Notes under the pieces: generated by a model
The model's input: only the letters and a program-made list of their open reading frames with translations
What the model was told of the DNA's origin: nothing
The model's database searches: none
Origin: Stylophora pistillata
Lineage: Eukaryota
NCBI RefSeq assembly: GCF_002571385.2
Contig: NW_019218099.1
Span: 244,591-308,590, forward strand
Length of the DNA: 64,000 nucleotides
Direction of reading: 5' to 3'
Shown: in pieces, positions 12,099 to 24,000 of the stretch
Layout of the letters: every line of letters begins with the position of its first letter
Position numbering within the stretch: position 1 is the first letter of the stretch
Program-made: the position numbers and the translations under genes

Positions 12099-15000
12099 TT
12101 ACGCGTCGCTTCCTCGTGTTTTTAGCTTGTTCAGTATGCGAACACAGTGTTCAGACACTACACTATCATTAGTCCGCGCGGTACTGGGAACTGAAGAAAC
12201 GCTAGATTGCTGACTGCAGGCCCCAGACATTCGGGATCTTTCCAGAAACCTGAGAAGTCGTTGTTGAATACCAAGAGATACAAGGACCTGTGCAAAATAG
12301 CAGTTTCAGTGTCACAGCTGGTCAATCGATAAATCACTAAATCAATCAAGCTGGAAAAGCGAGAGAAAGGGGTGGGTAGGGGCTACAAGAAGAAGAGAGA
12401 CCCCGGGAACGAGGTTGGCGGGATGCTAGTTGTATCTCAGCTTACGTATCCCAAACCAACCGCCCCCCCCGTTAGATTTCGTCCTGTTTTGCTGACGGTT
12501 CGAGAGATGTTTGATGAGGATAAAGAGTCTTTCCCAGGAATACAAAATTACAACTCGGCTACGACATGGACACCGATTGGTAGTCCGGGGTGCCTCTCCG
12601 AGGTAACGCGATGACGATTCCTCGAAAAACAAAAACAAAAAAAACAAAAAAACTCTCAAGCTAAGGAGATCCAGTAAAGGGCAGGTCAAAAACAAATATT
12701 GATAAATAAGATTGAGAGCACACGTTTATGACTAAACAAACTAACAAACCTGTCTGCACCGAGGATTTCTACAGAAAAGTCTTAGAGTCTTCAAGGCTGC
12801 ATCCTGAGGCTCGGCGTGTCCGTCATTGCAAGCCATGTCGAGAACACTGAAACGAGATCTCAGTAAGTGAGATATCTTCGAGGTGATCGGCATTGTTCAA
12901 GTTATTTACTTAAAAAAACAAGAATTCAAACCTAATAGTAGGGGAGAACTGCAGAAGTTTTAAAAGTAACAATTCCCTTACCCATGTGGTGCTTGTGTCT
13001 TGATTAACTGTTGATAGAGCGATGGCGAATGTCTCACCAAATTACCTAGAGCTCCTACGTGGAATACAAACAAATCACTCAACGAGATCAATAAAAACAA
13101 TTCTCTGAGTCAGGATATACGAAGATCAACAAGGACTCTTCATGGAAACAAGATGCTGGGGAGGAGGGCGGAGTCCCATCCGTCATTTCCTTATGACGGC
13201 GAGAGCATCATAACAGATACCTACCAGCGGTTATATCGACTCTTCAGTAATGAAATTCAGCAAATGGCCCATCGCCACAAAGTTCAATACTACACTTTGC
13301 ATGAAACCTTGTCCAGAAGCTTATAACCCTGAACTAGGTCATAAGCTTCTGCCTTGTCGCATGGCCTGGTCAATTAAAAAAAAATAGTTGCGGTGTGGAA
13401 CAAATGGAAAGAGTGTGGCCAAACAATTGGAGATTGTTCTAGTTTTATAACTGATGTCATGTATCATATGACACTGCTGACGAACCGATCAACAGCTTTG
13501 CAAGATTCTGACCTGCTACATTGGCTCGAGTTCTTGCGACCAAGTCCGTAAGTAAGCCAACCAAAAAAGGCACAGCTGGGCTCAGAGCGGTGTAAAGTAA
13601 GTCACTATGACATGCTGCGTTTCCTACAGCAAAACTGGCGGCCTGGGAAGTCAAGGATAAGGAGTATTAAACGAGCAAGAGTGATACTTTGGGGGGGTGG
13701 AATTTCTTTAGAAATTGTGGTGCTGCGTTGGTGGAGGGTATAGCAAGATGATTTGGTGTTATCAACTGAGTAGATTATGTAAACTGGCCACCATAAGGAG
13801 TTTCTAAAGGTGTAGATTTGCTCTGACGAAGGGGTAACACTCAAAACGTCAGCTTAAGTAATTCTTTACGGTGGCCGATTTACAGTAATGCTTTAATTTG
13901 TTGTTGTTGTTGTTGGAAAAATTCAGTGCAAATTTTCAGATTAAGCTCCATTAGGGAGCAGATTCGGTTCTAATCAAAAACTGTTTACACCAATTTCTTG
14001 ATATGCCACCAAAACAATCGAGCGCTCTTAAAAACAATAATGTATTAATTAGGGACCACGAAAGATGACAACAAATTTCCTTCTGATTTTCCAAATGTGT
14101 CCTCTAATCCTTAAAAAAAAAAAAAAAACCCCAAAGAAAAATTGAGAAACAGGTCCAATTCACAGAAACTGAGAAAGAATTCTGTCACATTCTTATATAA
14201 ACGGTTCAAAGACAGACAACCCGTTTGGGTGAAGCCCGAGGGTAAAGGTAATTATTAAAAGTCTGGGTAGATATGTGCCGCCCAGTTCTCCAAACTCTGA
14301 CCCCATCCGACAATAGAGATCAAGGAAAGCTGGAGCAGATCACCTTTCGAATATTGGCGTCATCACTCTTCAGACAGCTGATTAAAGTTGACAACAAATT
14401 CGTTCTGCAAAGGAAGAAAGTAATGTGAAATAACTCAGTAAAGAGGGAGTAGTTCTCGAAATGGAAATTCAAAATGTTTGTTTCGGAGCCTCCCTTAAAA
14501 AGGCTGAGATAATAAACTGTGTCGAGAGAAGTCCTGAATTGCTACGTTTTTCCTTCACGATGATAAGTCGTATGAAATTGCACCATTCTTTCGATCAATC
14601 ACATGCAGAAGTGAAACCAATCGCGACATGGTCATCCGCGTTTTCCCGCGATTTAAGTCAACTTGTTTACGTTAGTTACTTAAGTCGTCACTGGCCCCTT
14701 GTTATATCGTAATAACATTCAAAATGAGCTCCTAAATGGTGCAGTCGACCTCATCCGTTGTTCAACAAAATTGTTAAAAATTTCACAGAGTAAAAGGAAA
14801 GCTCTAATGATAATTGCAGAAGACTTCAATTCCCAAATTACCTTTCCCAATCTGGGTCATCGACTCTTACCTTTGAAGAACAGGATAAAAAACTGCAGAG
14901 TGTTTTAGTATATTACCCAACATGCCACAAGCGTTCGCACTGACAGCAGAACTCGTGTGTGTGAGCAAATTGAACAGCGGCTCATATGACTCTGAAAGGG

Positions 15001-18000
15001 AAACTCGGCTTCAATTGAGTTTGCTCAAAATAGAAAATATCCTATAATTTCAATAATTCCGTCACATTCCACCTTACCTCGATCACCTTGCAAGACCCGT
15101 GTAACCATGGAAACATACTCCGAAGAACTTCGAGATACATGACTCAGAATCGCAATGACGTCATTCAAGAGAGTGACAGAGTTTTCCGCTGACATCAGTG
15201 AAGCTAGGAAAGGTTCAACCTCAAGTAAAATAAAAAAGTTATCCACTCAAACTTGTTCATTAGGTCAGAAAAGGTGGTTAAAAAACCCAGATTAGAAGGA
15301 AGGTTCCCCATACTGTTCTCTATACATTTCCTATAGCGCTTATAAGGAGAATTTATCAATTAATCTAGAGCTTCTTTAATTGGTGATCGTTTCCCTTATT
15401 CTCATGACCTTAATGTTTGATTCAGTAGATATACCGTTGGGAGAAATTAGATACTAGTCACTCATGCATAGGGGGTTGAAGGGTTAAGACATGGTTAAGC
15501 CGTTGTTGGGCAAAACGGCAACCGAAATTATCCTCAATTTAACCAAACATTTTAAATAAACGGTAATATATGTGAACAGCATCAGGTCAGAAAATAAGTC
15601 AGCTAGAATATTGATTACTTCAACAATCCGCTTAAAATGAGAAAAATCTCACATTCCTTTCTTTACTCATAGAGCAGGTTCGTTCGTTTGTTTCCCTAGG
15701 CTTCGTGACAGAGCTGATTTTTTTTTTAACATGTCGAGTTCAGAGAGAGTGGAAGTTCTAGGTTTCATCAGTTTTTTCCCCTTTCTTTACCTTTTGGTTT
15801 GTGACATCTCTTGCCAGTTGTGTTACAAAGATCTCATCACTAAGAACCAACCTGGCGATCAGACCTGAAAATACACACGGAATAAAGAAACGAATCAACA
15901 GGAATAAGCTACGAATAAAATCACTGTTTCTTTCGGAAAGTTTTGCTCTGTATATCTCAGGACGTAACATATTAGACCTCTAGCTATGTTGTTAGGTTTT
16001 TTCCCAGTGACTAGCCAATATCAGTGAAATATTTAAAATCCTTTCAGTGCTTGCTGTGATTAACATGTCACTTTTCCTTACAGTAACTTCATTTTCTCCA
16101 AAAACTGGACAGGGCCTTGGGCGTTGGCTCCCCCTCCCCACCCCCCTCTGCCCCCATCAGACCTGTTAGGTTTTTTTCACTACTTTTCTGACACCAAAAT
16201 TTTTGCCACGACAAGATCGCATATCTTACTTACCCAGAGCAAGTTCCAAGTCTTCTACAGGCAAAAACTTTGATGAAAACTCCAGCAGGTTAGGAATTAG
16301 TCGGTATTCGTAAAAAACACTAGCGCGAAAGAATACATAGAGAAAGAATTTTAGTACAAAGCCAAAGATACCACACTCACGAGAAAATATGTTTACAACG
16401 GCCAGGCTCACCTTAGTGCATCGTGAAGGAGGTGTTCCTCTATGTCAACTGCAAACGGGAAGTAGAATATCTTGATGATCTGCAAAGAATTACATCGGGT
16501 AGTCATTACTTAGAATCACGGAGCACATCTGTTGTTACATAAAAGCGCTTAGACGCCCGGTTGAGGATCAGTTACACCTGCTGATCACGTTTACAAAGGA
16601 CGTTTTTTTGTCTCAACGAATAAGGCCAAAATTTGAAGTTAACTGTGCGTGCTACTCTCACGAGAAGAATGGGTTCTTTAGAATCTTTGATATGGGGATG
16701 CTCCGTGCCAAATCGTTACCCCTTTTTGTACGACTTAGGCCCAAACAGGCTTCCCATGGTAAAATGATTCCCCTGTGCTGTAGCTACAACAAAGCATCAA
16801 AACATTGTAGCGTCTTTCGTTTCCTCTCTTAGCCAATCAAATCGCAAGATTTACACCCATAACTACTGATGTTTTGATTGCCATAGAGCCTTGGAAAACC
16901 AAAAGATAAATCTACAACCACAGCCTTTCCTAACACATCGATGACAGTTTTCCTTACCCTTTTTTTATACCCCTACTTGCGTACTCCCTCCCTGTCATAA
17001 ATCTCCATTCTGAAAACGATACTCCTTTGATGGGGAATCTCCCGAACATTCAACTCTGGGGAGAGCCCTACCCCAAGGGGAAGTTAATACAACTACACTG
17101 GCAAGACTTTTGCTGTAATGACTGCCACTGTAATAACTGTAATAACTGCGTGGCTAACTGGTTGGCAAAAAAGTAACGATGGCTATAATCCTAAGTAAAC
17201 CATGGGTGCAATCACATCTTCGAGATGAGATCCAATTCGAAATGTTGTTATATCCTCATTTGTAAGATCAGTAGAAACTCAACGCTCAGGAATGTAATAT
17301 TACCTTTCTCATAAAAGCCTGAAGGACCTCTCCTTCTTCTCCTTTCTTTTCATACGAAAAACTAGCTAAACTGAATGGTAAAAACAAGGTCGATGCATTG
17401 AAACATAATGCGATAATAATTAACTTCATCATACAGCGACTGATCTTCAACTTGAAGGGTAGAGTTTGACGCAAAAAACAAAAGACTCCTTAGCGTTACC
17501 CCAACATTTTGTTAATATCCGCTTTCTCTCTCTCTCTCTCTACTCCCCACTGGATGGGACGCCAGTCCATCGCAAGGTTCCCCCCCTGCATTTCATCAGG
17601 CTTCTCTGACAATTTCCCAGTACCCAATAATACTCCTGTGGGAAGAGGGGCACTGTGAGCGTGAAGTGTTTTGCCCAGGAACACAACGCAGTAACCCGGC
17701 CAAATATCGAACCCAGACCTCTCGACCGGGAGTCCAAGGCACTAACACCGCGCCTCCCACTAGACAGATAGCATCTCTCATAAATGGAGTATTCCCTGAA
17801 AAGGCTGAAACACTCACTGTTTCGAAAGCTGCTCCACAAACGGTGTTGTAAGCATTCTTGTCAAACAAGATACTGCATATGAAGGAGGTTCAATAAACTT
17901 CAATATACTTTGGAGTGGGACCTAAATAAAGAAAAATAAATCTACCTCAGTCTTGACCAACTGAAGCGTATGTCAACTCTTCTTGACGCAGAAACCAAAA

Positions 18001-21000
18001 TATCAATAAAACAGTTGAGGTCATCATACTTCCTTGATACTCAGACTCACTTTGGTAAACAGGTGATGTGAAACACGTAAGAGATGTTCAATGCCATTAG
18101 GTGACGTTACTCCCCACTGCACAACACCCACTCTGATGTCCACTTCTTCCGGCATAGCTTCCAAATCTCTGAGAAAGAATTGAAAATTAACCAATGAATC
18201 GTCTGTTATCAACTTCCATGACATATGAGAACATAATACCTTGATATCTCTCTAATGCTAATTGACCTAAATCATTTTAAAAAAAATTATAAAATTCTAA
18301 ATTCAAATTCAAATTTATTCTATTCAAACTCTTTAAATCTATTGGTTTTAGGGGCTGGTCGCTATTTATTACCTGGAGGGGGGGGGTCGGGAGATTTTGG
18401 TTGTGTCACAATAAAACTCATCTCAATCCCCCTAACAAGGCTCTGTAACATCCCCCATTTTATCTATCTCCCCCCCCCCTTTAAAATCTATCAGTGAAGG
18501 CTGATCCTTTCTCTGTTCCGCCTTAAAACCATGTGATCCCCCAAAATCCTCCGCGCCCTCCCACCCCTCCCAGGCGATAAATAATGACAAGTCCTTTACC
18601 TCAAAAGTATTGATTCTTCTGGTCCAGAGTTCAGAACAAGACCAACCGCACACCATACACTGTTCCACAGACCGCTTTCAACAACTTGGTAATGCAACCT
18701 AGACCCACTATCCTGTACGTTTAAAGTTAAAAAAAAATAATAAATAGATTTAGCAGTAGGGAGTAAGACGACATTGCGCTACAGAGCTCTCCTTTTCAGG
18801 TAGTAACCAGTAAAATTTACCGCCTGTGGTACCTCTAAAATCGCTTGGAATTTATGCAAGTTAACTAGCGGTAACCAGTAAAAGATTACCGCCTGTGGNN
18901 NNNNNNNNNNNNNNNNNNNNNNNNNNNNNNNNNNNNNNNNNNNNNNNNNNNNNNNNNNNNNNNNNNNNNNNNNNNNNNNNNNNNNNNNNNNNNNNNNNNN
19001 NNNNNNNNNTTACCGCCTGTGGTACCTCTAAAATCGCTTGGAATTTATGCAAGTTAACTAGCGGTAACCAGTAAAATTTACCGCCTGTGGTACCTCTAAA
19101 ATCGCTTGGAATTTATGCAAGTTAACTAGCGGTAACCAGTAAAATTTACCGCCTGTGGTACCTCTAAAATCGCTTGGAATTTATGCAAGTTAACTAGCGG
19201 TAACCAGTAAAAGATTACCGCCCGTGGTACCTCTAAATTCGCTTCGAATTCTTGCAACTGAACTGGCAAAAGGATTGCTTTACTGGTTTGAAAATTTTAT
19301 TTAACTGTCGAGCATAAAAATAAGGGGGAACATCGAGTGCGTGACCAACAACAAACACCAATAGCAGCCCATTGGCCGCACTTCTTGAGAAGCGGGAAAC
19401 GTGAGCAACCAAATCGTGATCGGATTTGGACCAGCATCTGATTGGTTGAGAGGGACAGAAGAGACTTTAAACCACGGTATATATGTTCACAGTTAAATTC
19501 TAGATACATTTTTGAAGTACACACAGTTACAACTGACAACGTAAGAAGACACTGAGAAAACGTCTAAATACCTGTGTGAGGCAATATTCCAGCAGTTGTG
19601 TGAAGCCATCGAGAAGACCACCATTGACTCTACCCAACATCTGTGGATTCTAAAGGAAAACTTTGGTTTAGTGTGTCAGACGTTTGACTGAAACTGTGGG
19701 TGATACTTTGGTAAAAGCCAATCAAGGAAGAGGATCATGAACCATGTGATACAAATGAACCAATAATATGTGCGGATTAACATCCAATGTCGATTTAATG
19801 TAACGAAATCTCACTAGCACGCAAGTGCGACGCTATCACGCGCAAGGCTCACCTTGTGACGCGCAAGGTGACACGCTGTCACGCTAACCTTATGATTGCT
19901 TCATTTGTACCACGTGGTACGTACTCTTCTTCTCTGATTGACTGTGTACTATAGGGCCTCCATTCACTACTACTGACTCAATCGCATTTAAAGAAGAATG
20001 CGAGCAAATTGAAGCTAAGAGGAATTTAGCAAGTTACTAGTGAAACTGTTGACCTCTAACCTGTGGAATTTCTGCTAATGCTGTAGCGATGGTGTCTAGA
20101 AGCTGTTCACTCTGATCAAGCTGTACTTTGGGATCTGAACTGGTAAGTCTAGCAAGCAACAAAGCCGATAGAGCTTCGATCATAAAAACACTTGACTCGG
20201 TGAAAATGGAGACAATATGGTCTGTGCAATCGTAAATCCTGCAGCAATAAATAAAGTTGATGCGTCATTAAACGAGTCAGATTACAGAGCGAAGTAAAGC
20301 AGTAAAAACCAGATTACTTTTAACCCGCAATAAGCGCTTTTCGAATGAATTTCGTAAAACCAAAACTAAATTAATCACAATGGTCAGTCAGAAGAAAGGA
20401 AAATACAATGATGAACTCAAAACAAAACCGACCAAACTGCCTAAAGCGCGGGAAAACGCGGGTAATGAAGTAAGCGCGGGAAAACGCGGGTAATGAAGTA
20501 AGCGAGGGAAAACGCGGGTGATGAAGTAAGCGCGGGAAAAAGCGGGTGATGAAGTCATGATTGGTTTCATTTTTGCATCTGATTGGTTGAGAAAGTGGCG
20601 CGATTTTCTGTACCAATCTCAGAGGAAGGTAAAGCAAAATACAAAGCAATTCCGGACTACTTTTGACCCTCACTTGTAAATTGCTCTAACATGTCACACT
20701 TACTCGATAGGTATATTCTCCGCATTTGTTACCATACTGCACAAAATTTGTAATACAGAAAACGTCTCTTCGCAATCAGCTTCCTTTCCACTGCAACTTG
20801 TCAAACACTTTGTTAATGAAACTATCCATTTTGTTTGTCCCGTAAGAAGCAGACTGAATTCCCTCGACACCGTGCAAAGTTCCGCGAGAAAGTCCAATAC
20901 TAACAAAGATGAGGCTTTGTGGTGAAGAAACTGATGTACAAGATCCATGCAGTTTTCATTTGACGAGTGAAGTAGTTTCTTTGCTATAAAGCTGGCTAAG

Positions 21001-24000
21001 TTTCTTTTTGCGTTGGATTTGCCGTTTGCACTCTTTGACTAAGTCACTAAGGCTAGTAACGTCGTTAAAGCAACAATTTGGAGGCGCGTTACAGTCGCCT
21101 TCACAGCAGCAGAATCTCCAACTGCACCTAGTTCGAAAAAAATGAGTAGTCTTAAAAGTGTAAAGAGATAGTAAAGTGTCTCGTGCAAGAACATAACACA
21201 ATGACTCGAACAAGACGAAAAAAAAAAAAAAAAACCTCGCGATCCAGTCTTATAAAGAGTCGTTTTCACTTGAGTGTCGAAAGAAATCCGGGAGAGATTT
21301 GGCTTTGGTTAACTACGCTATGTGATTGGTCAAGAAAACTCGCGCCATTCTCTCAACCAATCAGATTCACAAGGAAAAACAAACGCGACTTGGTCTCTCG
21401 CGTTTTCCCACGCTTTTCTTTTGATTCTTACTGGCTCCTTGTGATGTTTTCCTTTCGTCTGATTGGCCGTTGTGATTGTTTAGGTTTTAGTTTAACGGCA
21501 CCAGATCGGAATGCGCTCTGGACAAAAATTTAGTCCACTGTATCTCTGAAACCTGATAGGCACTTTTAGATTGAATAATAAAACAAAAACCATGGTGATT
21601 ACAACAGCCTATCAGAGAAAAAGGTAACCTGCAGAGCAGGCGTTCAAGTAACGAAAATTAGACCGCGCGAAAAATGGAGCGAGGCGAAAAATTAGGAGGT
21701 GGGTCTAATTTTCGTTACTTGAACGCCTGCTCTGCAGGCTATGAAAAAGGAGAATATCATGAAAATCCAACGAGAATTCAAAGTAAAAACAAGCAAACTA
21801 CTCATGGTGGGAAAATGCAGGTGACCAATCTCGATTAGCTGATTGGTCAAGAGATTGGCGCAAGATTTCTAGACCAATCACGTGGCGAAGTGATAAAAAA
21901 CTGACGCTTACTTTCGACTCTCAATGAAAATTGCTCCAATAGAGCTAAGCCCTACATTGTACCTTTGAGTCTTTGTATGGCACTTGGATCCACATAAAGT
22001 GCAGAAATGAGGCAATCAACACTCTTTATATCACAGGTAATAAGATTGTCGTAGAACTCCTCAGGTACCGCATCATCATGCTTGTCTACCACATCACATA
22101 GATACTGAACACACTGTTTACACGAGAGAAGACATGTTAAGCTTTGAATCAGATTGGCGAAGTAAAGTAAAACCAATGCAATTTCCGATTTCTTTCTATA
22201 CTCTATTGAAAAAAATACTCCATCCCATCTACTCAGAGGATCATTTTATTGTAAAACAAACATTTTTCACTTTTGAGGCGGTGCACGAAGGTAAGGATAG
22301 AGAGCCAAGAATCTCCTGGAATACATGAAATACCACTTTCTTTTCCCTTGCAGCCAACACCACTGTACTTCAATAATTTAGGACATGATATGGAACACAC
22401 CTCTAAGGCCGCCTGTCGTAACGTGAGTTCTTTGTCCTGGCTATGCTGCGTCAGTGTTGGTAAAACACCCATAAGCTGCTTTCCATGGCTCAAAATGGCT
22501 GAACTAAAGGGAACAGGGTTGTAACACGCAGAATTAACATTAAAATTAAGGAAAACATAGCATATCGGCTCAGTAACTACTATATTTGGAAGTCTATCGC
22601 CTCGTGAATATGAACCTGCTGACACTAAAGTTAGAGCAGCAGTATAAACCAATCTAGATTACACATAAGAAGTTTTTTGAAAATCTTAGCTACACCCCTG
22701 ATCATTCTCGTGATTGATAACTTGGACTTCCACTAAATAGGATGATACTATGTGCTCATTAACTAACTGGGAGGGCCGGACGGGAAAATATTTGGCTCGC
22801 GGTAACGACGTATGGACCGAGCGGAGAGTGCTTCACGACCGAGAGCCAAATATTTTCCCGTCCGGCCGGGCCAAACTCAGTCAATAAGCATTTTATCGTA
22901 TGACCACTAAGTGTCGAAAATTGTCAACCTGACTAGGACGCAATAGAAGGGCACACGCAACCACACAAGCACAAAAAAACTCCTTGAAAACCAAAAAATT
23001 TATCCCCACTTTTGTTCTCCTTTAAGTTTCTGCCATAAAGCGACGTGAGGGCAGCAGGGACGGGCGACTTTTCCCGGGCCAGCTCAGGTCAAACTGTCTG
23101 GCCCTGCTCACGTCAGCTTTCACTTTGGTTTTCTACGGAATTGCGCGGGCGGGGCTGGATGGGCCATGTGATAATAATGACAACGATAACAGACCGAATA
23201 GTATTCCATTAAATCTTATTCCCCTTAATCTACATTAATTTTATAAAGTTATGAGTATACCAAGAGCAAAAACACAATGTCAACTCTAATTACTTCACCT
23301 TTCTTTCAGCGAGTCACTGCTCAAAAGAATGCAGCTCCTTAGGTAAGCTGCCATCAAATTCAGTAAATCCACAATAACCTGCACTACCCAAGGTTGCTAC
23401 AATGAGTCAAAACAAGAAGTTTCTTTCAAATTTTATGGGATAATATCCATGAATAAAGAAAATAAATTGTGAACAGCAAGGTTTTCCTTTAAGTGCCGAC
23501 CCACAACTAAAGAAACGGCTGCCTCGCTTTTAGGACCCCCTACTTTTCGTAAAATAATGTGTGTAAGTTGCAAAAAGTAAGATTTTAATAGTAGGTTTAT
23601 GAACTGAGGTAAAAAAAAAAAAAAAACCTCCCACTCTTCCCCCTAACCTCATAACACCCTGACAACATTAAGTGTGTTTAAGTGTATAATTGTGTATAAT
23701 TATTACATTATCTTATGTTTACCTGAGAAAGACCAGATTTTCTAAGCAACTGTACCAAGAGAATGAGACTGTCTTCAGGGATACCAACAGAGCTTGAAAA
23801 TTTAACCTTAACTTCTGGTGTGCTGAAATTTTTAATGTGAAACAGACAACTTGTTAAAAGAATGTCAGTTGACTTAGAGATATTTCAGGCTGGTTAATTA
23901 AACATAGTTTAGCGGTTGCTTAACTAAAGAGAAAGAAAGAAAGAAAACAAAGGAAAGCGCCACTTACCAAGCAGTTATCAACAGACTCCTTAACACTCTG

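Noticed and set aside
18803-19262. CRISPR-like regular repeat
   Set aside because: Head-to-tail identical units with no unique spacers, no cas genes, and a eukaryotic intron context. It is a minisatellite.
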